Virus record (IMG/VR): IMGVR_UViG_2654588181_000006
Location: 1 to 19,222 of that record
DNA length: 19,222 nt
Origin: a virus
Taxonomy: Duplodnaviria; Heunggongvirae; Uroviricota; Caudoviricetes
Direction: 5' to 3' (one strand)
The position numbers and the translations under genes were made by a program. Shown piece after piece: positions 5,906 to 14,535 of the stretch. The notes under the pieces are model-generated. The model did no database searches. It was not told the DNA's origin and saw nothing but the letters and a program-made list of their open reading frames with translations. Numbering within the stretch: position 1 is the stretch's first letter; every line of letters starts with the position of its first letter.

Positions 5906-8728
5906 ATGACGGCAGAGTACATCAGGGACTGGCAACAACCGCGCCACGCAGTGGGGCGTGAAGGAACGGGGATCCCCGCTCCTGAATCCGCGCTTTCCTC
6001 CTGGCTGGATGCCTACCGGGCTGAGAACGAGCGCCGCCAGGAAATGGCTGATGCGGCGTTCTCCGCCACACCGCTGGGCAACCTGATTAATAAAAGCCTG
6101 GACGCACAGGAAAAACAGGACAAAACCATCACACTGGCAGGAGACGCCAGAAAACAGGCACGCGGCGCGGTGGATGAAGCCATGGCCTCGCTGCGCCTGC
6201 TGCCGTCCTATCTGCGCGATCCGCTTATTCGCCACCTCTCCTTCCTGCGCAAAAAACAGGAAGCCGATCGCCGGAAAGGCAAAAAGAGCTGGCAGGCGGA
6301 ACGCTATGCACGCGGAACCCTGCGCAAAATATTCGAACGTCTGGATAGCACTGACGGACGCTGGCTGACACCGGGTTATCGCTCCCTTGCCGGACGCGAA
6401 CGCCTGGACGATTTGCTTTACCTGCCGCAGCTCAACAAACACCAGATACAGACGCTGGCCACCATGACGGCGGCGATGTTCAGCAGCACCTTCGAAAAAC
6501 TCTGCGATGGCTTTGGCGCGACCGATGGCGAGCTGACCATGGATGTAACCCTGAAGGCGTATCAGATGCTGGCCCGCATGGCGTTACACCTGCACGCCAT
6601 GCCTCCACATTATGACGCACTGACGACAGACAAAGACCGGAGGAACGAACCGGACACGGAGCTGCTGCCGGGCGCAATCCTTCGCCTGACCTGTGCGGAA
6701 TGGTGGAAACGCAAACTGTGGCTGTTACGTTGCGAGTGGAGAGAAGAACAACTCCGCGCCGCCTGTCTGGTTTCCAGAAAAACATCACCCTATCTGAGCC
6801 AGGACGCGTTAAGCGAGTTTCGCGCACAGCGCGAGAAAACACGCGATTTCCTGAAAAGTTTCATGCTGGAAAATGAAGACGGGTTCACGATTGATCTCGA
6901 GACAGTGTATTACGCGGGAGTAAGTAACCCGGTTCACCGTAAGGCAGAAATGATGGCCACCATGAAGGGGCTGGAACTTCTGGCCGAAGCCCGTGGCGAC
7001 AAAGCGGTGTTTCTGACTGTCACCTGCCCGTCAAAATACCACGCCACAACAGAGAACGGTCATCCGAATCCCAAATGGAACGGGGCCACCATGCGCGACT
7101 CCAGCGATTACCTGGTTAACACGTTTTTTGCAGCGGTCCGCAAGAAACTGAACCGCAACGGCCTGCGCTGGTATGGCATCCGCACGGTGGAGCCTCACCA
7201 TGACGGCACCGTGCACTGGCATATGATGGTCTTTGCTCATCCGGAAGAAATCGACACCATTGTGTCCCACACCCGCGATATTGCCATTCAGGAAGATCGT
7301 CACGAGCTGGGTGATGATATTACCCCACGCTTTAAGGCAGAGTACGTCGACGGTTCGAAAGGTACGCCGACCAGCTACATCGCCACCTACATCGGAAAGA
7401 ACCTGGACAGCCGCGCCGTGGGTGGCATTGACCCGAAAACAAGCAAGCCACGCGTTGATCACGAAACCGGAAAATCAATGGCCGAGAGCGTGGAACGCGC
7501 CATCGGCTGGGCGCGCCTTCACCGCGTCCGCCAGTTCCAGTTCTTTGGTATCCCCTCCCGTCAGGTATGGCGTGAACTCCGCCGCCTTGCCAGTCAGATG
7601 GCCCGCAACCCGGAAGGTCCACAACGTCTGGAAAATGACGCAATGGATGCGGTACTCGCTGCCGCTGATGCCGGGTGTTTTGCCACCTACATTGAGAAAC
7701 AGGGTGGCGTACTTGTTCCACGCAAGGATTACCTGATTCGCACCGCCTACGACCTCGCAGAAGAGCTGAACGATTACGGCGAGCAAAGCGTACAGATTTA
7801 CGGGATCTGGTCGCCACAAATCGGGGAATCTTCCCGCGTGTGCACGCACCCGGATAACTGGAAGCTGGTAAGACGTAAACCGGAAGCGGAAGACAGCGCC
7901 CGCGAAAATGGTTTTGACCTTCAGGGCGGCCCTGCCGCCCCTTGGACTCGTGGCAATAACTGTCCCCGTGTACAGGAAACGGACAACAACGGGACAGAAC
8001 AGCCGGAAGAACGGCCAGCACCGTGGCCGCAGCTCCCTGACGGCGTTGAAGTGAACGAATGGATGCGCTCACTGAAACGGCACGAACGCCGGGCGCTGAC
8101 GCGTTCGCTTCGTGACAAACAGGCAAAAAACAGCAGTGATGAAATGCAGAGCTGGACACAGAGCCGCAAACAGCAGCGGCCTTTGCCTGATAACCACGAA
8201 TTACTCGCTAAAGAATGGCGGGAGTCTGCTGAATCTCTCGGCCTGCATATCGGTGAACAACAGATGCAGCACCTGTTACGGGGCGGCAGTCTGTGCGTTG
8301 ACGGCAGCATCATTGCACCGCAGGGATTTGAAATTGTACGCAAACCGGATACCCGCCCGGACAGCCGAATCACGCAGCTCTGGCAGCGCCTGAGCCGTAA
8401 TCATGGCATAAGCAGCACGGAGATCCGCCATAACCCGGTCGCCAGCTATCTGGCACAGCTGGGGGCATCAGACCCTGAAGCCGCCGCACGCCTGGCATCC
8501 ACACTTCAGCAGGACCAGAACACCATGAAAACACCCGTTACCGTGCTTTCTGACATGCTGCGCGCCATCCGCGACGCAGAGCACGCACAGAGAATCAGTG
8601 AAACCACTGAACGCGCCAGCCGCAAAGCAGACCTGCTGCGGGGTAGCCTGACCAGTGGAAACAAAAAACAGACAGAAACGGGACTCACGAATCCCGTAAA
8701 TGAGCAAAAAACGCGCAGCGATATATGA
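5906..8728 (+). CDS. A: Rolling-circle replication initiation endonuclease (P2 gpA family)
   Basis: 940-aa ORF. HUH motif VHWHMMV at 7211-7231 and paired tyrosines in SYIATYIGKN (Y-x3-Y, 7376-7399) match the HUH relaxase/Rep catalytic arrangement of P2 A. Position after the cox-proximal early genes fits P2 synteny. Longer than the roughly 760 aa I recall for P2 A. Confidence 0.9.
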   Translation: MTAEYIRDWQQPRHAVGREGTGIPAPESALSSWLDAYRAENERRQEMADAAFSATPLGNLINKSLDAQEKQDKTITLAGDARKQARGAVDEAMASLRLLPSYLRDPLIRHLSFLRKKQEADRRKGKKSWQAERYARGTLRKIFERLDSTDGRWLTPGYRSLAGRERLDDLLYLPQLNKHQIQTLATMTAAMFSSTFEKLCDGFGATDGELTMDVTLKAYQMLARMALHLHAMPPHYDALTTDKDRRNEPDTELLPGAILRLTCAEWWKRKLWLLRCEWREEQLRAACLVSRKTSPYLSQDALSEFRAQREKTRDFLKSFMLENEDGFTIDLETVYYAGVSNPVHRKAEMMATMKGLELLAEARGDKAVFLTVTCPSKYHATTENGHPNPKWNGATMRDSSDYLVNTFFAAVRKKLNRNGLRWYGIRTVEPHHDGTVHWHMMVFAHPEEIDTIVSHTRDIAIQEDRHELGDDITPRFKAEYVDGSKGTPTSYIATYIGKNLDSRAVGGIDPKTSKPRVDHETGKSMAESVERAIGWARLHRVRQFQFFGIPSRQVWRELRRLASQMARNPEGPQRLENDAMDAVLAAADAGCFATYIEKQGGVLVPRKDYLIRTAYDLAEELNDYGEQSVQIYGIWSPQIGESSRVCTHPDNWKLVRRKPEAEDSARENGFDLQGGPAAPWTRGNNCPRVQETDNNGTEQPEERPAPWPQLPDGVEVNEWMRSLKRHERRALTRSLRDKQAKNSSDEMQSWTQSRKQQRPLPDNHELLAKEWRESAESLGLHIGEQQMQHLLRGGSLCVDGSIIAPQGFEIVRKPDTRPDSRITQLWQRLSRNHGISSTEIRHNPVASYLAQLGASDPEAAARLASTLQQDQNTMKTPVTVLSDMLRAIRDAEHAQRISETTERASRKADLLRGSLTSGNKKQTETGLTNPVNEQKTRSDI

Positions 8729-8773
8729 AGCGCGCACAAAACAGGCAAAAACGGGATTTCAGAATCCCGTAAA
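8665..8773 (+). repeat. Two 36-bp direct repeats, each with an internal hairpin
   Basis: aaaacagacagaaacgggactcacgaatcccgtaaa (8665-8700) versus aaaacaggcaaaaacgggatttcagaatcccgtaaa (8738-8773), 30 of 36 identical. Each contains the inverted repeat ACGGGA...TCCCGT; most mismatches fall in the loop. The first copy overlaps the 3' end of gene A, the second lies in the intergenic region upstream of the ParM-like gene. Confidence 0.5.
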
Positions 8774-8804
8774 CGATTAATTAATCAACATAAGGAAAAG
8801 CGAC

Positions 8805-9737
8805 ATGAAAATTTGTATCGACGACGGCTCCACCAACATCAAGCTGGCATGGACTGAGAACGGCGAACGCCGCAACGCCATCAGCCCGAACAGCTTCAAG
8901 TCGGAATGGTCTGCGCCGTTCGGCGGCACGCAGCCCGCGAACTACATGCTTGATGGCGTGCGCTATGGTTTTGATCCGGTCAGCGATCGCTTTGTCCAGA
9001 CGACCGACACGCAATACCAGTACAGCGATGTGAATGTCATTGCCATTCATCACGCGCTGGTCAAATCAGGCATCACGCCACAGGAGGTGGATGTGGTTGT
9101 CACCCTGCCACTGAGCGAGTATTTCGACACAAACGCACAGCCGGACATGGCCAACATCAACCGCAAAAAAGCGAACGTTATGCGCCCGGTGGAGTACCAG
9201 AACGGCGAAGCATTCACTATCCGTAACGTGCGGGTTATGCCTGAATCCATTCCGGCTGGCTTTAAGGCACTGGCTGACATGAGTCCGTTTGAATCCCTGC
9301 TGATTGTGGATTTGGGCGGAACCACGCTGGATGTGGCAAAGGTTCAGGGGCAACTGGCAGGTATCAGCCAGGTGTTTTGCGATCCACACGTAGGCGTTTC
9401 TCTGATGGCCGATGCCGTACTGTCGGTGATGGCCACTAACGGTATGCGCACCAGTCACCACATCGCCAATACCATTATCGAACATCGCCATGATGAAGCC
9501 TGGCTGCGCCAGCACATCCACAATGACGCGCATTACGCCAGCCTGATGGCGGTTATTCGTGAAAAGGAAGAAACACTGAAACAACGCGTGATCCGCGCGC
9601 TGGCGGGTTTTTCGGGTTACGGGAAGTTACAGGAACTGATGCCACTGGCGATCGTATGGCCTCCGCCACCGGGCGGGAGCTGGCCGCAACAACAGGGACC
9701 AGCGCCGGAGGCAGCGGAGCCGGGACCACGGGTGTGA
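8805..9737 (+). CDS. ParM/StbA-like actin-family ATPase, 3' end apparently truncated or replaced
   Basis: N-terminus MKICIDDGSTNIKLAW closely matches the ParM start (MLVFIDDGSTNIKLQW, from memory), with further blocks SPNSFK, QYSDVNV..HHAL, PESIPAGF, DLGGTT, IIEHRHD and LAGFSGYGK. After about residue 270 (near nt 9626) the reading frame turns proline-rich (LAIVWPPPPGGSWPQQQGPAPEAAEPGPRV) and overlaps the convergent tape-measure ORF, so the actin-fold C-terminus is probably missing. Confidence 0.65.
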   Translation: MKICIDDGSTNIKLAWTENGERRNAISPNSFKSEWSAPFGGTQPANYMLDGVRYGFDPVSDRFVQTTDTQYQYSDVNVIAIHHALVKSGITPQEVDVVVTLPLSEYFDTNAQPDMANINRKKANVMRPVEYQNGEAFTIRNVRVMPESIPAGFKALADMSPFESLLIVDLGGTTLDVAKVQGQLAGISQVFCDPHVGVSLMADAVLSVMATNGMRTSHHIANTIIEHRHDEAWLRQHIHNDAHYASLMAVIREKEETLKQRVIRALAGFSGYGKLQELMPLAIVWPPPPGGSWPQQQGPAPEAAEPGPRV

Positions 9738-12267
9738 TATTAATTGCGGGGGCAGGCTTACTGACCTGTGCAATCTTTCGCTCCTGCCACTCCCCACGAA
9801 CAGCAAGTGCGCGGGGCAGGTTCTTAAAGACAATATCGCCGGGGCCAATACGTTTTTTTGTCTCATCAACCAGCTTACCTGTGTTATCAGCAATTTTGCT
9901 GAGTCTGCGTAGCGTCCCGGTATTGCTGTCTGTGAGTGGTTTGTTGTCTTTGGGTTTATCACCCCCGGTGCCATTGCCATTTTCCACAGGCTTCGGCGGA
10001 TTGATTTTCGCCAGGTCCCCCTGAAGCAAGGCAACCTTGTCCTGAAGAATGGCCGCACGCTGTGCGTCTTCGATTTTCTTGCGCGCCCTTTCCGCTTCAT
10101 CCGGAAGGACGCCAAGTTTTTCAAGTATCCACGCCAGCGTATCCAGTAGCATTTTTGCAGGTGTCAGAACAAGCTGTAACGCACCGCCAAGAACGTTACC
10201 GAATATCTCGCCAGCACTGGTACATTTATCCAGCGTTTCCTTGCTGGACTCCATCGGTGACAGCAGCGATTTAAACCAGTTAAACACCTGACTGATCCCG
10301 CTTCCGATTGCGTCAAAAACAGGGCCAAACCGTTCAAAGGTTTCGCGCAACGGAGCCAGCCGTTCCATAATCCCGCTGAACACCCCGGCATAAAACGCCT
10401 TAATGGGTTCCCAGTATTTCCAGATGAGAACCGCCGCAGCCACAAACGCAGCAGCAATCAATCCGACCGGACTGAACAGCGCCCCGATAGCACCCCCCAG
10501 CAAAGAAACGGAACCCGTCACCATTCCCCATAGTGCTGGCAGGACCCTGACAGCATTCATTGATCCGGTCAGGAGAGAAAAACCAAGACGCAGTTTTGCC
10601 AGCGGGCCAGCAAGCACACCAATAGCCAGCGACAACGAGCCAACCGTTGCAGTCATTGCCAGCAACGCACCGCCTGCTATCAGTAGCTGGCGCGTCAGTA
10701 CCGGATGGGCCTGCGCCAGCGAGGTGATTTTTTCAAGCACCCGCGTGAGCCACTGCGTGACAGAACGCAGCGGACCGTCAACCAGATCACTGATGCGAAT
10801 ACGAAGACCTTCCCATGCGCTGTCGAGATTTTTCAGGTCCCCATCAAGATTATCGGCCATTACTTTTGCAACGCGATCGGCCTCTCCCCTTGCCCCCTGC
10901 AATTCTCTGGTCAGTTTTTGCAGCTCTCCTGAACCAGCCGCCGCAACAAGCGTCTGCAAACCAACGAACGCCTCTTCTCCGGCGATGTCCTTGAAGAAGG
11001 AAACCTGGTCCACCTGTCCGTATTTTTGTGTCGCCTTATAGAGATCAAGCAGCACATCCTCCATCGGGCGCATTTTGCCTCTGGCGTCAGCAACTGACAC
11101 TCCCAGCTCTTTCAGCGCATCAGCCGCAGCTTTTGGCGGTGATGCAAGGCGGGACAGACTTGCGCGCATGGCCGTACCAGCATCGCTTCCACGAAGGCCA
11201 TTATTGGCAAGCATCCCGGCCATGGCTGCCGCTTCTTCAAGACTGATACCAAGTTTTGCGGCAACCGGACCGGTATACTTCATGGTTTCGCCCAGCGCGC
11301 GTAAATCAGTATTGGTCCGGGTGAATGCCGCTGTCAGCGTATCGCCAACCCGGTCCATTTGATCGGCTGTCAGGTTGAACTGTGTGAGGATATTGGAGCC
11401 TATATCAGCCGTCTCGCCGAGTTCGACGCCACCTGCCAGCGCCATATTAAGAACACCGGGCAATGCGGCCTGAATGGCCTGCGGAGTAAAACCAGCCATT
11501 GCAAGAAATGCCTGTCCACTGGCGGCATCGCCTGCGGTGAACTGCGTTTCAGAGCCAAGTTTTAACGCCTGCTCACGCAGCGCCTTAAACTGCGGGCTGT
11601 TCTGGTCGATTCGCGTCAGTGCCTGAACGCGGGACATCTCTTTGCCGAACCCGATCGCAGGCTGCAAAAAACGCCCGGCAGCATAGCCGCCCGCCGCTGC
11701 CGCACCAATTGCCAGCGCACCACCTGTTTTCAGTTTTCCCGCTGTTTCCTGCGCGCGCGAATACCGCTCACGCGCCCGCGTTACACGCGCAAGCGCCTGC
11801 CGTTCGCGTTCAAGCTGGTTGTTGTACTGTTCGGTGCGTCTGATGGCCTGCTGGATGGTGTTATCGCTGCCTGTCAGGGAAATGCCGTGGCGTTTCAGCT
11901 CTCCGCCAAGTTCCCGCATTTTCTGAATTTCCCGTGTGCGCGATTCATTCAGGCGTTCAAGCCGGGTGCTTAACTGCTGCATCAGCTTTTGTTGTTTTTC
12001 GCTGAGCACTGTACCCGTGCGTTGTAACTGATTAAGGGCATTAAGCTGGCGTCGTGCTTTCAATATGCCAGCATCCGCTTTACTGACAGCGTCACGGGCG
12101 CGCTCAAATGAACGCGCCTGACGCTCGAGATTTTTGATCGCCCCCTGCGTTCGCTGGATGGAGTCACCAAACTGCCCCATCAGGCGGCAGGCGTTTTCGG
12201 CAGGCCGGGTCAGCCTGTCAACGGCGCTGAAAGCGACCCGGATATCAAGAGTCTTCATTATCTGCAT
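9553..12267 (-). CDS. T: Tail tape measure protein (P2 gpT-like)
   Basis: 904-aa ORF: N-terminal coiled-coil region, Gly/Ala-rich hydrophobic central segments, and position directly downstream of the E/E' chaperone pair with a 23-nt overlap. The last 70 or so residues are P/A/V-rich and read antisense into the ParM-like gene, so the native 3' end is uncertain. Confidence 0.85.
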   Translation of the reverse strand: MQIMKTLDIRVAFSAVDRLTRPAENACRLMGQFGDSIQRTQGAIKNLERQARSFERARDAVSKADAGILKARRQLNALNQLQRTGTVLSEKQQKLMQQLSTRLERLNESRTREIQKMRELGGELKRHGISLTGSDNTIQQAIRRTEQYNNQLERERQALARVTRARERYSRAQETAGKLKTGGALAIGAAAAGGYAAGRFLQPAIGFGKEMSRVQALTRIDQNSPQFKALREQALKLGSETQFTAGDAASGQAFLAMAGFTPQAIQAALPGVLNMALAGGVELGETADIGSNILTQFNLTADQMDRVGDTLTAAFTRTNTDLRALGETMKYTGPVAAKLGISLEEAAAMAGMLANNGLRGSDAGTAMRASLSRLASPPKAAADALKELGVSVADARGKMRPMEDVLLDLYKATQKYGQVDQVSFFKDIAGEEAFVGLQTLVAAAGSGELQKLTRELQGARGEADRVAKVMADNLDGDLKNLDSAWEGLRIRISDLVDGPLRSVTQWLTRVLEKITSLAQAHPVLTRQLLIAGGALLAMTATVGSLSLAIGVLAGPLAKLRLGFSLLTGSMNAVRVLPALWGMVTGSVSLLGGAIGALFSPVGLIAAAFVAAAVLIWKYWEPIKAFYAGVFSGIMERLAPLRETFERFGPVFDAIGSGISQVFNWFKSLLSPMESSKETLDKCTSAGEIFGNVLGGALQLVLTPAKMLLDTLAWILEKLGVLPDEAERARKKIEDAQRAAILQDKVALLQGDLAKINPPKPVENGNGTGGDKPKDNKPLTDSNTGTLRRLSKIADNTGKLVDETKKRIGPGDIVFKNLPRALAVRGEWQERKIAQVSKPAPAINITPVVPAPLPPALVPVVAASSRPVAEAIRSPVASVPVTSRNPKNPPARGSRVVSVFLPFHE

Positions 12268-12783
12268 TCCCGCTGCGAAGTGCCGCCCGCTCGCGCCAGC
12301 TAACCACTTCGCCGGGCGTCATCATGAAGATTTCGGCGGGCGACCAGTTAAAAATGGCGGCAATATCCGCCACCAGATCTTCGATGTGCTCAAAGCACAC
12401 CAGGGTGATTACGCTGCCGTCTCCTGCACGCTCTTCGCGCCAGAGTCTGGCTCGCTCATAAAATTTACAGCCACAGCGCACAACTGAATAAAATCGCGTG
12501 ACGACATTTTTTTAATCATCACTTCATCCAGTCGTGGCGAGGTCACGCGAGGCAACAGCGTAAACATGGTATCCGCTTTCAGATTCAGCACATCAGACAG
12601 CGACAGACCACGCAGGGATCCAGCCTGCTCAATAGCCCCGGTGATCTCCACATACGTGATTTTTTCGCCACCACGCTCAATTGGTCGGGTCAGTTTTACG
12701 CCACGTTCGACAGCCATATCCTCGCCTGCCGTCACATCATCCGCCACGGTGTTATTCCGGGTTTCAGTATCGATGTCTTTCAT
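12245..12783 (-). CDS. Tail assembly chaperone E+E' (programmed -1 frameshift product)
   Basis: An ORF in the -1 frame (12245..12481) overlaps the 3' part of E. That frame opens just after a run of seven A on the minus strand (plus 12507-12513), a plausible slippery site inside E codons ATT-AAA-AAA-ATG. The arrangement mirrors lambda G/GT and P2 E/E'. Confidence 0.6.
12409..12783 (-). CDS. E: Tail assembly chaperone gpE-like
   Basis: 124-aa ORF; ATG 12783..12781 preceded by AAGGAG with a 7-nt spacer. Located between FII and T and carries the overlapping E' frame. Confidence 0.7.
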   Translation of the reverse strand: MKDIDTETRNNTVADDVTAGEDMAVERGVKLTRPIERGGEKITYVEITGAIEQAGSLRGLSLSDVLNLKADTMFTLLPRVTSPRLDEVMIKKMSSRDFIQLCAVAVNFMSEPDSGAKSVQETAA

Positions 12784-12838
12784 CAGTTGTCTCCTTTTCA
12801 GTCAGAGGCGACGCACTGCGCCGCCTGCATATTACTTA

Positions 12839-13351
12839 TCAGCCAAGCCCAAGCGCGGAACGGATACGGTCAGGCACAATGTCCTTGCCGTCCTTCCGGT
12901 AGATGTGGTTCAACAGGTCGATTTCCCACAGCGGGCGATCGTTAACGCTCAGCTTGTAGTAGGTGTTTTTGACAGCGTAAGTGTGTGATGTGGCTTCGCC
13001 CTGTTTGGCTTCCCCCATATCAATTTCCGTCACACGCCCGCGCATCTCGATTTCATACAGATCACTTTCTGCATCGGTGTAGTATTCACCCGCAAAACGC
13101 AGCAACGTGCCGTCAATCGTGCCGCCATATTTAAGGAACAGCTCACGAACTGCGCCCCCCATGACAAAACTCGCATCAAGCGCAGAATCATCAAGACCGA
13201 GGTCGATACTCACCGCCCCCATCATGCCACCGCCACGATAGCTTTCAGTTTTGCGCGTCAGTTTAGGTGGAGTGACGGACGTCACCTTACCCACTTCGTT
13301 TTCACCATTCACAAACAGCGTAAAAAAGCGAAGATGTTTTGGTACAGCCAT
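12839..13351 (-). CDS. FII: Tail tube protein (P2 gpFII-like)
   Basis: 170-aa ORF. Segments TPPKLTRKTESYRGGGMMGAV and YYKLSVNDRPLWEIDLLN match the FII pattern I recall. Start overlaps the FI stop (TGATG). Confidence 0.85.
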   Translation of the reverse strand: MAVPKHLRFFTLFVNGENEVGKVTSVTPPKLTRKTESYRGGGMMGAVSIDLGLDDSALDASFVMGGAVRELFLKYGGTIDGTLLRFAGEYYTDAESDLYEIEMRGRVTEIDMGEAKQGEATSHTYAVKNTYYKLSVNDRPLWEIDLLNHIYRKDGKDIVPDRIRSALGLG

Positions 13352-14535
13352 CAGACACCTCCCAACACCGCAAATGCGGGATCAAAGTATTCATCAGTAA
13401 ACGTCTGGTAAAGCTCCATATCTTCCAGCGGAGGAACGGGCGTATATTTGTAGCGAATACGCACACGCCCCTGACGTAAATCCGTGGTGCTGTTATCCAC
13501 CACGTCATACCAGCACGACGCGCCAATCAGTTTCCCGGCAGTAACCAGTGAATCCAGTTTTGCCCTGATGGCACTGATAACATCCTTCACGTTCGCAGGC
13601 GTCAGTGGACTGTCGATGGTTTCAAACTGCGCTTCCGCAATTGAATCAGCCAGCACCTGTGCGGTTCGGGTATACACCTCAAAGATGTAGGCGTTCGTTT
13701 CCGGTGTGCGGTTGCCCCAGAAGCGGAACCCGTTGCGACGAATAATGGTCGTGATTTCTTTGTTGTTGAGGCTGTTGGCATCGCTGTCTTCGGCCTGCAA
13801 CGACCAGAACACATGCCTCGACATCCCCAGCACATTTTTAACCGGAACGTTGGACAGTGATTTATGCCAGCCCTGCTCATGGTCAATGTACGCACGAAGG
13901 CCGCACGCATAGGCAGGCGCGGGGAACGTTTCGTTTTTGCCACTTTTCGGGTTGTAGGCGATGAAGTCCGGCCATAAGAGCATCACCTCACGTTCGTTGA
14001 ATTTCTGGCGGTAGGTAATCGCCTCAGCCATCGTGTTACAGCCGTAACATGAGGCATACACAAACGCGCGCAGTTTACCTGCGATCACGCACAGGGATTT
14101 TGTTACAGCCTCCGTGTCCAGCTCCGGCGCGGCCAGAATACGCGGACGGTATCCGATGCTTTCATCCTGCTCTGCAACAAGCAGCGCAAACATCCCCGTA
14201 TAGCTGCCGTCATCCTCAGAACCACCGATAACCAGTTGATCCTGCGTCTTTCCGTCTTCTTCTTTGTGTTCAGCCACGCGAACGACGATCACCTTTGTGC
14301 TCACCTGGTCTGCAATGGCCTTAAGCGCACGATAAAGCGTCCCCGTTGTCCCGCATTTTCCCAGCACGTCATTGACGCGGGTCAGCAGTGTGGGCTTGTT
14401 CAGCGGGAACAGCTTCGCGTCCGCATCATCCGCCGTTGCCACGATACCGATAACGCTGGAATCAACATCGTTAATCGCTGTTACCAGGTCGGTATTTTCC
14501 GTAACACGGGCACCATGAAAACGAGTTTCACTCAT
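13351..14535 (-). CDS. FI: Contractile tail sheath protein (P2 gpFI-like)
   Basis: 394-aa ORF with conserved sheath blocks FPLNKP, KLRAFVYASCYGC, YRQKFNEREVMLLWPDF, IDHEQGWHKSLSNV, IRRNGFRFWGNRT, YTRTAQVLADSIAEA and YKYTPVPPLE. Confidence 0.9.
   Translation of the reverse strand: MSETRFHGARVTENTDLVTAINDVDSSVIGIVATADDADAKLFPLNKPTLLTRVNDVLGKCGTTGTLYRALKAIADQVSTKVIVVRVAEHKEEDGKTQDQLVIGGSEDDGSYTGMFALLVAEQDESIGYRPRILAAPELDTEAVTKSLCVIAGKLRAFVYASCYGCNTMAEAITYRQKFNEREVMLLWPDFIAYNPKSGKNETFPAPAYACGLRAYIDHEQGWHKSLSNVPVKNVLGMSRHVFWSLQAEDSDANSLNNKEITTIIRRNGFRFWGNRTPETNAYIFEVYTRTAQVLADSIAEAQFETIDSPLTPANVKDVISAIRAKLDSLVTAGKLIGASCWYDVVDNSTTDLRQGRVRIRYKYTPVPPLEDMELYQTFTDEYFDPAFAVLGGV

Noticed and set aside
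5369-6442. 357-aa minus-strand ORF overlapping the start of gpA and the two genes upstream of it
   Set aside because: Antisense to well-supported plus-strand genes (5534-5899 and gpA) and no recognisable motifs; typical shadow ORF.
6174-8748. Multiple ORFs of 60-275 aa on both strands inside gpA (for example 7332..8159 minus, 7233..7736 plus, 7921..8373 minus)
   Set aside because: All lie inside or antisense to the gpA coding frame and are Arg/Pro/Cys-rich with no domain features.
8781-12267. Shadow ORFs overlapping the ParM-like and tape-measure genes (for example 9066..9584 minus, 9627..10124 minus, 10403..11041 plus, 11075..11362 plus)
   Set aside because: They sit in alternate frames or antisense to genes with strong functional signatures; compositions are low-complexity.
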